A stretch of 64,000 bases of DNA from NCBI GenBank assembly GCA_041498975.1, contig JBGQJI010000001.1, forward strand, positions 22,036 through 86,035, given 5' to 3'. The DNA is from Candidatus Methylomirabilis sp. Lineage in GTDB: Bacteria; Methylomirabilota; Methylomirabilia; Methylomirabilales; Methylomirabilaceae. This document shows, piece after piece, positions 47,342 through 56,872 of this stretch. Every line of letters begins with the position of its first letter. The first letter of the stretch is position 1. A program made the translations under genes and the position numbers. The notes beneath the pieces are model-generated. The model was not told the origin of the DNA. It did not search any database and saw only the letters and a program-made list of their open reading frames with translations.

Positions 47342-48931
47342 GTGAAGTTGTTAATTAAGCCCGCAAGAAACCTGATGGGGTATATCTCTCGCTCCCTGAA
47401 CCACTTCATTTCGTCGAAATCCCGCTTCCTCACTTCACCTATAGTAGCCTTGTCCGGTTTATTCATCTTGTGTTTTGTTAGTCGGTACTGGCTAAGTCGA
47501 TTCATGTTCGGCCCTCGGTTTTTTTTGGACGAGAACCTTGACAGTTGCATACTCCCTTTCCAGCTTTCCCAAGGTGAAACGCTTTGGGGAGGGAACACCC
47601 ATTACCTCGCGTTCTTCATTAGATTAGCCGCTTACCACTTCTTTGGCTTTGGCACGGAGGTGGCCAGGGCAACGAACATTTTTGTCTTTGCCAGTTCCGT
47701 CGTGGTGTTTTATCAGGCTCTGGACCGTCCCTTCGGCAAGAAGGTTTCTTGGTATGTGGTAGCATTGATGCTTGTAAGCTCACCTTTCATCGTGCATTCG
47801 ATCCTCGCAACTTCCCTCACCTTCTCCCTGCTACCGACTGCTCTTATTTTATGGATTCTGTCAAGACCCATCACGAAGATAACAGCAGGTTTGTTGGGAC
47901 CCCTGCTGGTTGCTGGTTTATATCTATACCCTGCGGCATTTTTGACCGGAGTTTGCTTGATATTCTTCCACACCACGATTTTTCACCGAGGTTGGACATG
48001 GAAAACTCGCTCAATCTTTTTCACCGAGTTCGTATTTTTTGCCGCATTGGCCTTTCGGATACATTTTCTTGTGACAGAAAATCCTAGCTGGAAACAATGG
48101 GGAGGCGGATTCTTGTCCTTTGGCCAAGTCGGCCAAAACATCATGGTGGTGTTGAAGGACCTATTTTGGGAAAGCCTTTCATGGCTCGCACTCAATTCAG
48201 ACGCTCCCTACCTTGACACCGTCACGGTTGGCTTTCTCATGGTCGGGGTGGCGTCGTCATTCGTCTTCTCGACGTTGCACCCTTCGACCTTTGAAAGAAA
48301 ATGGATCTGGACGTGTCTGCTCGCTTTTCTCGGAAGTATGGTATTATCGGCCTTGGCTCATCCCTACCCAGGCGTTCGACGCGTTTTCTCCTCGCTTCCT
48401 CTGCTTTTCTTAATTGCAGGCCTCGGACTAAAGCGCCTCTGGCAGTGGGAGGCTTTCCGTCCTTTTCTCGTGGGTACAATCCTTGTCTGTTTCGCTGTGG
48501 TCGCATTACGCAGCTATGTCATCAGTCAGAAGGACTGGCCAGCCCTCAGATATTGGACAAGAGAGCCTGATTTCATCGTAGGAGCACGGGGGGTACTTCT
48601 CCAGAACATGAATGGTCAAACAAATGTCGTGATAATTGGATACCCTTCGGATCCATGGGAAGGAGCAGATTACCGCTGCGCACTCAGCCTGGACGGAAGC
48701 GTGAATCCACACTTTCGAAGCGTGATCGTGATCCCACGGTCTAGCTTAGGAAAAAGACAGGATGCGCAAGGAGAGTTCATCCTTCTTGCGAATGAGCTCT
48801 TTTCCCAGAAAGAGCTTCAAGATACTTTCGGATATCCGCCAACCTCTTCGAAAATACGGGAGTTCTCCAAATCCCCAGAACTTGATAAATTGCTTGCCAT
48901 TTATGAATTCAAGATAGGCCCGATGAATTAA
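47342..48931 (+). CDS. PMT/ArnT-like GT-C membrane glycosyltransferase
   Basis: First TM then FLDE; about 12 TMs; RRVF; C-terminal soluble domain; visibly AT-richer than flanks. Start may be ATG 47375. Confidence 0.7.
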   Translation: MKLLIKPARNLMGYISRSLNHFISSKSRFLTSPIVALSGLFILCFVSRYWLSRFMFGPRFFLDENLDSCILPFQLSQGETLWGGNTHYLAFFIRLAAYHFFGFGTEVARATNIFVFASSVVVFYQALDRPFGKKVSWYVVALMLVSSPFIVHSILATSLTFSLLPTALILWILSRPITKITAGLLGPLLVAGLYLYPAAFLTGVCLIFFHTTIFHRGWTWKTRSIFFTEFVFFAALAFRIHFLVTENPSWKQWGGGFLSFGQVGQNIMVVLKDLFWESLSWLALNSDAPYLDTVTVGFLMVGVASSFVFSTLHPSTFERKWIWTCLLAFLGSMVLSALAHPYPGVRRVFSSLPLLFLIAGLGLKRLWQWEAFRPFLVGTILVCFAVVALRSYVISQKDWPALRYWTREPDFIVGARGVLLQNMNGQTNVVIIGYPSDPWEGADYRCALSLDGSVNPHFRSVIVIPRSSLGKRQDAQGEFILLANELFSQKELQDTFGYPPTSSKIREFSKSPELDKLLAIYEFKIGPMN

Positions 48932-49103
48932 TGGCAGGGATGAAACGTATTCTTACTGCATGGCACCGCGGCGTGAACACCAGGCCGCGCCTCATCGGGC
49001 CCTCGCCGTAAGCCGTGGCGTCATCTCCGCGTAGATGGCCAAACTTCCCCAATCCCCGAAGGGCCTTACAGCGTGCCAGGTTCGCTCCAATTCCCGAACT
49101 TAA

Positions 49104-49133
49104 TTGACAATACAGCCCGCACGCGGGTAGGAT
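49104..49133 (+). promoter_or_regulatory. Sigma70 promoter
   Basis: TTGACA-18 bp-TAGGAT. Confidence 0.55.
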
Positions 49134-49229
49134 TTCGCGTCATCGCGAGCCGCATGTCCCTGTCGAAGGAGCAAATGGAGGAGAGCAGAGGTTTCAGTGC
49201 GAAGCGTGGTCTCCCAGATCGGGGCTGAT

Positions 49230-50789
49230 ATGGCTGGTCAACGCCTCGAAGTGCAACGACAGCGGAAGTCCCTCCTGGACAGGATCGACCTTTCCTGGAT
49301 CGCCGGCCTGATGGCTCTGGGCCTGGGGTTGAGACTTTTCTACTTCAGCGGCTTCGGGCTCGCAGACGACCAAATCTTCCGAGGCAACATCGCTTTCATC
49401 TTGAATAACAGAACTGTCACAGGCGATAACATCGCCTACCGGATCACCTGGCTGATCCCCGCCGCCCTGTTCTGCAAGATCTTTGGCCTCACCGAATTGG
49501 GAATGATCTTGCCCATCACCGCGACCGCGATACTCGGGATAGGCTTGATCTACGCCTTCGGGAAGGCCCTGTGGGGACGGCAGGGAGGCGTCATTGCGGC
49601 GCTCCTCCTCATCGTTCATCCGTTGGATTTTGCATGGTCAACCATGTTCACCAACGATATCCCCCTTTCCTTCTTTTCCGCACTGTCCATTCTCCTTGTG
49701 CTACGGGCGATCCAGCAGGAGGATGCGGCGTGGAAATGCCGACTGTGGACCCTTGCTGCCGTGAGTCTCTGGCTGGCATTTCAGGCCAAAATCTCTGCGG
49801 TGTTTCTTGCGCCTGCAATCGCCTTGATTTGCTGGACCAACAGGAGGCGCCTTGGGTCTCAATTTGTCGACTTCCTTGCGACCGCTGGGGTTCTATTCGG
49901 CGCTACACTCTCTATGTATTACCTCTTCACCGGCGATCTATTCGCCCCCTATCACGCAGAGTTACGGTTTCAAGGCCTTGTAGGCCCAGAGGGGCCCGCT
50001 CACCGATTGACCTCTCAGTGGTTTTGGACATATGTGAAGCTGCTCTTCTTCCCTGACCGCTGGGGGGATTTTCTCTTCTCCGTATATCCGCACCTTTTGG
50101 TCGCCCTGGCGGTGGCCGGTTGGTTCTGGGGAATCCAGACGTCTCCTGTAGCGTTCTGGTGGTTGGCCTGCGTGTTCTTGGGGATGCAGTTTAATATCCA
50201 ACGGGCGGGGGATTTCTGGATAACCGGATTCAGGAACATCCGGCACGGCCATGTCTTCATTTACCCGCTTATCCTGCTCCTCACAGGCTATCTGGTAGAA
50301 TTGCGAAATAGGAGCATGAGGCTGTGGTATCTGCTGCTAGGCGCCTTGCTCATCTTCAGCGCGTGGCAAAGCGTATCGGCCGCCTCAAAGACACACGTGG
50401 CGTTTGCCGATCGCCGTAACGTGTGTCGGGTTCTCGCAACGATGCCGCAAAAAGTCATCTACTCCGACGGCGCGATCTACACCTGGTGCGCGATCCTCGA
50501 GGAGAAGGGCCGCTCATGGCAATTCAAAGAACTGCATACCTTTGAGAAGCAGCAGAGGAAGACGGAGATCGCCGCGATTACATCGGGATATCTCGTCACC
50601 GGTGGGGCCAGGGAGCCGATATACGGGTGCTTTGACTGCATTCCCAGGGCTGATGAGATACTCGACCGGCACAAGTGGCGGCTGGTAAGAGAATTTCCTG
50701 GGCCCCAAAACCCTACCCCCTGGAGGCCCGAGCCGCTCCGACTGTGGGAAGTGAAGGAGGTTCCTGGGGAAGTCGGTGGGACCGGCTAA
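49230..50789 (+). CDS. ArnT/PMT family (GT83/GT39-like) glycosyltransferase
   Basis: LRL..GLADD, FGLTE, GVIAALLL..P, TNDIP, LAFQAK. Confidence 0.8.
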   Translation: MAGQRLEVQRQRKSLLDRIDLSWIAGLMALGLGLRLFYFSGFGLADDQIFRGNIAFILNNRTVTGDNIAYRITWLIPAALFCKIFGLTELGMILPITATAILGIGLIYAFGKALWGRQGGVIAALLLIVHPLDFAWSTMFTNDIPLSFFSALSILLVLRAIQQEDAAWKCRLWTLAAVSLWLAFQAKISAVFLAPAIALICWTNRRRLGSQFVDFLATAGVLFGATLSMYYLFTGDLFAPYHAELRFQGLVGPEGPAHRLTSQWFWTYVKLLFFPDRWGDFLFSVYPHLLVALAVAGWFWGIQTSPVAFWWLACVFLGMQFNIQRAGDFWITGFRNIRHGHVFIYPLILLLTGYLVELRNRSMRLWYLLLGALLIFSAWQSVSAASKTHVAFADRRNVCRVLATMPQKVIYSDGAIYTWCAILEEKGRSWQFKELHTFEKQQRKTEIAAITSGYLVTGGAREPIYGCFDCIPRADEILDRHKWRLVREFPGPQNPTPWRPEPLRLWEVKEVPGEVGGTG

Positions 50790-51109
50790 GAGGATCGTTC
50801 GAACGACTTGGCCCGAGCTTCCATCGGGAATTGACAGCGAGTCGTACGCTCGCCGTCTACGTCATCAGGCGGCATCATTGCAGAACCACGACGGCGCACC
50901 ACCCGTCCGTTTCGCCACCGTGTGGCATTGTCGAAGCTGATGCGAATGCAACAGCGGCCTTCAGAGATGTTCACGCATGCGTCGCACCAGCTCAGTCGCC
51001 ACACGGGGAGTACCTATGGATGGGTTCTGCAAGCTCCCCGGGGTCCGGGTCCGAGTAGACGCGGCGCTCGTTCGTCTTGAATCGCTGTTTCAGTGTGCAG
51101 AGGAAAGCG

Positions 51110-51913
51110 GTGGGAGAAAGTCCTCCAGCATCACGTCAGATTAGGCGAATCGTCCTCAACCAATCGAAGCGGGCCCACGTGGGGCACATCGGCTCTGCAT
51201 TGTCGATCGCCGACATCATCGCTGCCCTCTATATGAATGTCTTGCGCATCCCCGACCCTGATGATCCGGATCGGGACCGCTTTGTGCTGTCCAAGGGGCA
51301 TGCCGCGCTGGCGGTCTATGCCGCGCTGTACTTGAAGGGATGGCTCACGGAAGAGACGCTGAATACCTACTGTGCGGACGCCAGTTTGTTGGGGGCCCAC
51401 CCGGAACATGCGCTAAGAGGCGTGGATTTCTCCACCGGATCACTCGGACATGGATTATCCATGGGGGCGGGGGCCGCGTTGGCGGCACGCCTGCAGCGCT
51501 CCTCGCGGCGCGCGTTTGTCCTGGTCAGCGATGCGGAGTGCAATGAAGGATCCCTCTGGGAGGCGGTCATGTTTGCCGCACATCACCGCTTGTCAAATCT
51601 CATCGCCATCATCGACCTGAACGGGCAACAGGCGCTCGGCTATACCGACCACGTGTTGAGCCTCACCCCGATGGGCAAGCGTTGGCGAGCGTTTGACTGG
51701 GACGTGCATGAGGTGGACGGGCATGATGTGGAGGTCATGACGGAGACGATTGGCGGGCTTGACACAACCTCCGGCCCGCCGCACGTGTTGATCGCGCACA
51801 CGGTCTTCGGGAAGGGCGTGTCCTACATGGAGGGCCAGATCAAGTGGCACTACTGGCCCATGTCGGATGAGGAATACCGGCAGGCGCTGAAGGACATCGG
51901 AGCGACGCCGTGA
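51110..51913 (+). CDS. Transketolase N-terminal (TPP-binding) subunit
   Basis: GHIGSALS, DRFVLSKGHA, STGSLGHG, SDAECNEG...N, HTVFGKG. Confidence 0.92.
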   Translation: MGESPPASRQIRRIVLNQSKRAHVGHIGSALSIADIIAALYMNVLRIPDPDDPDRDRFVLSKGHAALAVYAALYLKGWLTEETLNTYCADASLLGAHPEHALRGVDFSTGSLGHGLSMGAGAALAARLQRSSRRAFVLVSDAECNEGSLWEAVMFAAHHRLSNLIAIIDLNGQQALGYTDHVLSLTPMGKRWRAFDWDVHEVDGHDVEVMTETIGGLDTTSGPPHVLIAHTVFGKGVSYMEGQIKWHYWPMSDEEYRQALKDIGATP

Positions 51914-52845
51914 GAGGCGCCTTCACAAAAGCACTCGTGGGGCTGGCTGAACAGGACCCGCGCATCCTGTTGCTGACGGGGGATCTGGGCTACATGGCCC
52001 TGGAGCCATTCTCAGATCGTTTTCCCGGCCGGTTCTTCAACGTGGGTGTCGCGGAGCAGAATATGATGGGGCTGGCCACAGGGCTGGCCGAGGCGGGGTT
52101 CATCCCGTTTGTGTATTCCATCGCCACCTTTGCGTCACTGCGGGCCTATGAATTCACTCGCAACGGGCCCGTCCTGCACCGGCTGCCGGTGCGGATCGTG
52201 GGGGTGGGCGGAGGCTTCGAATATGGTCACAACGGTCCGACCCACTACGGGTTGGAGGATGTGGGGGTGATGCGCGTTCAGCCCGGGATCACCGTGATCG
52301 CTCCGGCCGATCATGAACAAACGCGCGCGGCATTCCTGGCGACGTGGGACCTGCCCGGCCCCGTCTATTATCGACTCGGTAAGGATGACAAGACGACTGT
52401 CCCCGGTCTCAGGGGGCGCTTCGAACTCACACGCGTCCAGATCCTCCGCGAAGGCGTCGACCTGTTGATGGTCGCGATGGGGAGCGCGGCGACTGAGGTC
52501 GCGTCCGCTGCCGTCACCCTGGCCGATCAAGGCATCTCCTGCGCGGTGGCGGTGGTCGCCTGCTTGAACCCCGCCCCCGTCGATGATCTGGGTGCGATCT
52601 TAGCGCGCTTCCCACTCGTCCTCGCGGTCGAAGCGCATTACGTGGTCGGGGGCGTGGGATCGCTGATTTCGGAAGTGGTCGCCGAGCGGGGCCTGGGATG
52701 TAGGGTGGTGCGCTGTGGGGTCAGGAGCACGCCGGACGGCATCTCAGGCAGTCAAGCCTACCTGCATCGCAGGCACGGGCTGTCCAGCAACACGCTGGTC
52801 GCGACAGCGCTGCAGGAATTGCAGGTGCAGAGGACTGCCAGATGA
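51910..52845 (+). CDS. Transketolase C-terminal subunit
   Basis: NVGVAEQNM, GPTHY, PGPVYYRL, EAH...GGVG. Confidence 0.92.
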   Translation: MRGAFTKALVGLAEQDPRILLLTGDLGYMALEPFSDRFPGRFFNVGVAEQNMMGLATGLAEAGFIPFVYSIATFASLRAYEFTRNGPVLHRLPVRIVGVGGGFEYGHNGPTHYGLEDVGVMRVQPGITVIAPADHEQTRAAFLATWDLPGPVYYRLGKDDKTTVPGLRGRFELTRVQILREGVDLLMVAMGSAATEVASAAVTLADQGISCAVAVVACLNPAPVDDLGAILARFPLVLAVEAHYVVGGVGSLISEVVAERGLGCRVVRCGVRSTPDGISGSQAYLHRRHGLSSNTLVATALQELQVQRTAR

Positions 52846-53540
52846 CCGACCCCCTGATTTCGATCGTGCTTCCCATCTATGACCAGGCCGATCATGTCGG
52901 GAGCGTCGTCCAGGAATACGAGGAGGCGCTCGCACGAGTCACCACTCCTCACGAACTGATCCTGGTCGTCAACGGCTGTCGTGACAGTTCGCTGGACGTC
53001 TGCCGGACTCTTGCGAAACAGTATCCGTCCGTTCGAGTGATACACAGCGAACTGGCTGGCTGGGGACTGGCGGTCAAGCTGGGACTGGAAGCCGCGAAAG
53101 GAGAACTGTTATGTTATACCAACTCGGCTCGCACGAGCTCGCAGGACCTCACACTGCTCCTGCTCTATGCTCTTGCCTTCCCAAACGCCGTGATCAAGGC
53201 CAACCGTAAAATCCGGGAGAGCTGGGATCGGCGGCTGGGTTCGTTGCTGTACAACCTCGAATGTCGCGCGTTGTTCGACCTCTCCTACTGGGACATCAAT
53301 GGCACGCCGAAGGTCTTCCCTCGCAGCTTCGATAGGCTCCTCTCGCTCACCCGCGATGACGATCTGATAGACGCGGAGTTCAATATCATCTGCCGCCGCG
53401 AAGGCTATCGGGTGTTAGAGGTCCCGATCTTCTCTTACCGGCGTCACGGCGGCAGGTCCGTGACGAACTACTGTTCGGCCATCAGGATGTATTGGGGTGC
53501 GATCCAACTGTGGCGAAATATGCGGAAGGACGGCGCTTGA
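52842..53540 (+). CDS. GT2 glycosyltransferase with Asn in place of canonical Asp motifs
   Basis: SIVLPIYDQ, VVNGCRD, YTNSA, DINGTPK. Confidence 0.82.
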   Translation: MTDPLISIVLPIYDQADHVGSVVQEYEEALARVTTPHELILVVNGCRDSSLDVCRTLAKQYPSVRVIHSELAGWGLAVKLGLEAAKGELLCYTNSARTSSQDLTLLLLYALAFPNAVIKANRKIRESWDRRLGSLLYNLECRALFDLSYWDINGTPKVFPRSFDRLLSLTRDDDLIDAEFNIICRREGYRVLEVPIFSYRRHGGRSVTNYCSAIRMYWGAIQLWRNMRKDGA

Positions 53541-54736
53541 AGTCGCTTCCCCCGCGAAATTTGAATGCACTGTGGTCACGGCATCACACCGAGTGGCGCG
53601 ACCCGGCGCAGATCGTCAGTCAGTGGGAGGAGGCGGCCGAAACGGACCCGCAACTGTTGCGTTACATGGTGCGGGGGGCCTGGTGGGAAACGTTGGCAGA
53701 GACGAGCGTGACGCTCCTGGTGACGCGGGAGTATGAACACCTCGTGATCGCGATGCGCGTGACTGACGCGGGACCCGTAATCTCCTACATGCCGATGCCC
53801 CACCCGTCCGGGATCGCAATCGATCGCGCCCGCGGTCTGGTGCATATTGCCAGCACCCGCAATCCCAATCAGGTCTACGATCTGAAGCCTGCCAGGGGGT
53901 TGATAGCCCGGCTCGACGTGAAGAGTGAGCTCCTGGAAGACCAGCCGCTCATCTCGATACGCTCACGCTTCTACCCGGGCTGCCTCTACTTACACGATCT
54001 CGCTCTGATCGGAGGCGCTCTGCACGCCACGGCAGTCGGACAAAATGCGATCGTGCGCCTGTACGACGATGGACGCTATGGGCGCGTGTGGTGGCCCCGC
54101 TGTATCGAGAAGGACAGGGGAGCGGTCTTCGGGCAGAATCATATTCAACTCAACTCCATAGCTGCCGGAACAGGCCTGAAGGCATCATATTTCTCCGCCT
54201 CGGCAGACAGGCTCTCCTCCCGGCGCCCGGGGCACAAGAACTTCCCGGTGGACAAACGCGGCGTGATCTTCTCGGGCGCAACCCGGGAACCGGTCGCGCG
54301 GGGTTTAACGCGACCGCATTCCGCGCGTCTGTTCAATGGCCAAGTCTGGGTGGAGAACAGCGGCTATGGGGAGCTGGGAATCGCCGAAGATGGCGGCTTT
54401 GAGCCGGTCGTGCGCCTGCGGGGGTGGACGAGGGGGCTGGGTTTTCATGGGCATGTCGCGTTTGTCGGAACCTCGCGAGTGATCCCGCGCTTCCGTCAGT
54501 ACGCTCCCGGACTTGACGTGGACGCCAGCATCTGCGGCGTCCACGCGGTGGATACAAGATCGGGACAGGTGCTCGGAAGCCTGATCTGGCCTTACGGCAA
54601 TCAGATCTTCGCGGTGGACTGGGTCTCCAGCACATTCGCATCCGGCCTTCCCTTTCATGCGGGGGGGAAGCGCACAACCGCTCGTGAAAGGAAATTATTT
54701 TACGCTTTCCGCGTAGCGCAAAAGGAGGGTGGATGA
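53537..54736 (+). CDS. DUF4915 (TIGR03032-like) beta-propeller protein
   Basis: LHDL, QLNSIA, GLTRPHSAR, NSGYGE, GWTRGL, FVGTSR. Confidence 0.8.
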   Translation: MKSLPPRNLNALWSRHHTEWRDPAQIVSQWEEAAETDPQLLRYMVRGAWWETLAETSVTLLVTREYEHLVIAMRVTDAGPVISYMPMPHPSGIAIDRARGLVHIASTRNPNQVYDLKPARGLIARLDVKSELLEDQPLISIRSRFYPGCLYLHDLALIGGALHATAVGQNAIVRLYDDGRYGRVWWPRCIEKDRGAVFGQNHIQLNSIAAGTGLKASYFSASADRLSSRRPGHKNFPVDKRGVIFSGATREPVARGLTRPHSARLFNGQVWVENSGYGELGIAEDGGFEPVVRLRGWTRGLGFHGHVAFVGTSRVIPRFRQYAPGLDVDASICGVHAVDTRSGQVLGSLIWPYGNQIFAVDWVSSTFASGLPFHAGGKRTTARERKLFYAFRVAQKEGG

Positions 54737-55656
54737 GCAGCGACTTCCGGTTACTGATGCTTGGGGCAATGTATGAAAATGGAGGCAACACCACCCACCG
54801 TTTCCTGGATGGACACCCCCAGATGTTCGTCTATCCGTTCGAGTCGCAGCTCGGCACGCGCTTGGCGATGGATCACCTGTCATCGATCTTCCCCGTCAAG
54901 TATCGCTGGCCCGTCTTTGCCCTACATGCCACGCCAGAGCAGGATTACAAGGCGATCATCGACGAGGAATGCAAGGTTCGGGCACGCACGCCTCACGTCA
55001 GCAAGTTCCGTCATGTGCCTTTCGACTTCTCGGATGACGAGCGGTCCCGGATCTATCAACAGTATGTGGCAGAGACAGGGCGGTCACGGGCCAAGAATGT
55101 GGCGGCCTTCTTCCGCGCTACCTTCGACGCCTGGAAGGATTTCAGGCGGACGGGTGAGCAGGTCGTGTACGTAGGGTACAGCCCGATCATTGTGATCGAC
55201 GCGGACAAAATCCTGGGCGATCTTCCCGGGGTGCATCTGCTCCATGTGGTGCGCAATCCCTGGTCGGCCTACGCTGACACGAAGAAACGCCCGGTGCCGC
55301 TGTCTCTCCAGGACTACATGCTGGGGTGGACGGTGAACCAATATCATGCCCTGCTGTACAAAGAGCTGTTCCCGGATCGCGTTCACATTGTGCGAGCCGA
55401 AGACGTCATGGGCGACCCATTCAAGACGCTCGGCGCTGTCTGTAATAGGCTTGGGTTAGAGCCGGTAGATTCCCTCAGGACAGCCACCTGGAACGGTGCG
55501 CCATTGGAGGAGATCTACCCCTGGGGAACGATTCGCAAAGCGACGCCCCAAGCGAACCGGTCCACCGCCGAGGACCTCACCATGCAGGAGCGCGAGGAGG
55601 TTCGTTCCCGCGCCTGGCAGTACTTGGATGTCTTCGATTACAAGAGATTCCTCTAG
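54733..55656 (+). CDS. Sulfotransferase-fold P-loop protein (divergent)
   Basis: GAMYENGGNTTHRFLDGHP, HVVRNP, VRAEDVMGDP. Confidence 0.7.
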   Translation: MSSDFRLLMLGAMYENGGNTTHRFLDGHPQMFVYPFESQLGTRLAMDHLSSIFPVKYRWPVFALHATPEQDYKAIIDEECKVRARTPHVSKFRHVPFDFSDDERSRIYQQYVAETGRSRAKNVAAFFRATFDAWKDFRRTGEQVVYVGYSPIIVIDADKILGDLPGVHLLHVVRNPWSAYADTKKRPVPLSLQDYMLGWTVNQYHALLYKELFPDRVHIVRAEDVMGDPFKTLGAVCNRLGLEPVDSLRTATWNGAPLEEIYPWGTIRKATPQANRSTAEDLTMQEREEVRSRAWQYLDVFDYKRFL

Positions 55657-56641
55657 CAGGAAGCGCGTACTCGTCACTGGAGCAACCGGCTTCGTCGGCG
55701 CCAATCTTGCCCGGCGACTACTCCATGATGGACACGAGGTCCATCTCTTCGTTCGCCAGGATTACAACCCCTGGCGCATCGAAGCCATCCGGTCTCACGT
55801 ACCCGTACACGAGGTGGAGCTTGGCGACGAAGAAGCCCTCGCCCGGCTGGTGGGCGGCATCCAACCCGACTGGGTCTTTCATCTTGCCGCATATGGCGCG
55901 TACTCACAACAAACTGACCTGTATCGGATGGTGCACACGAATGTCCTTGGAACCATGAACCTTGTGTCGGCGTGCCTCAAGACGGGCTTCGAGGCGTTTG
56001 TCAACACGGGATCGTCATCGGAGTACGGGTTCAAGGATCACGCACCATCAGAAACAGAGTGGCTGGAACCGAACAGCCACTACGCCGTGACGAAGGCGTC
56101 CGCGACGCTGTTCAGCCGCTATACTGCGCGAAGTCGGAGGGTTCACTTGCCCACCTTGCGCCTCTATTCCGTCTACGGCCCGTACGAGGCGCCTGCGCGC
56201 TTGATCCCCACGCTGATCGTCAGAGGCATGAACGGCGAGCTGCCCCCTCTGGTCAATCCAGACATCGCGCGCGACTATGTCTATGTGGAGGACGTCATCG
56301 AGGCTTATCTGTTGGCAGCCTCTCGGCCCGGCCAGGAACCAGGCTCCGTATACAACGTGGGGACAGGCGTCCAGACCTCCCTGCGCGAGGTGGTGGAGGT
56401 TGCACGGCGGGCCTTGCAGGTCGCCGCTGAGCCGCAGTGGGGGTCCATGCCAAATCGCCTTTGGGACACCAACGTCTGGGTATCGGACAACCGGAAAATC
56501 CAGGCGGGATTAGGGTGGCGACCGCGGCATACCTTCGAACAGGGCTTTCGACTGACGGTGAGCTGGTTCCGCGAGAACCCAGCGCTCCGGAGTCTCTACT
56601 GCCAGCCCCTCAGGGCACGCGAGGCTTCCGCTGCCGGCTGA
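55628..56641 (+). CDS. NAD-dependent epimerase/dehydratase (NDP-sugar reductase-like)
   Basis: TGATGFVG, GSSSEYG, YAVTK, RDYVYVED. Confidence 0.92.
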   Translation: MSSITRDSSSRKRVLVTGATGFVGANLARRLLHDGHEVHLFVRQDYNPWRIEAIRSHVPVHEVELGDEEALARLVGGIQPDWVFHLAAYGAYSQQTDLYRMVHTNVLGTMNLVSACLKTGFEAFVNTGSSSEYGFKDHAPSETEWLEPNSHYAVTKASATLFSRYTARSRRVHLPTLRLYSVYGPYEAPARLIPTLIVRGMNGELPPLVNPDIARDYVYVEDVIEAYLLAASRPGQEPGSVYNVGTGVQTSLREVVEVARRALQVAAEPQWGSMPNRLWDTNVWVSDNRKIQAGLGWRPRHTFEQGFRLTVSWFRENPALRSLYCQPLRAREASAAG

Positions 56642-56872
56642 GTCCGCCTACTTTACGAACGGTGCACGGGGGCAGCCGTTTAAGCGGGCATGGCAGCAGT
56701 TACCCCGGAGGCGCAAGCCCGTTCTCGAATCCAGGTCTCTCGATGGTTCTTGAGAAGGTGGAGCGCAATTTGGAGCTTCTTATGGTGCGGAGCACGTGGG
56801 GACCGGATTCGGGGCTCGGGATGAAATCGAGGCTGGAACCCAAAACGTGAAACCCGGTTCCTGAAAGGAAAG

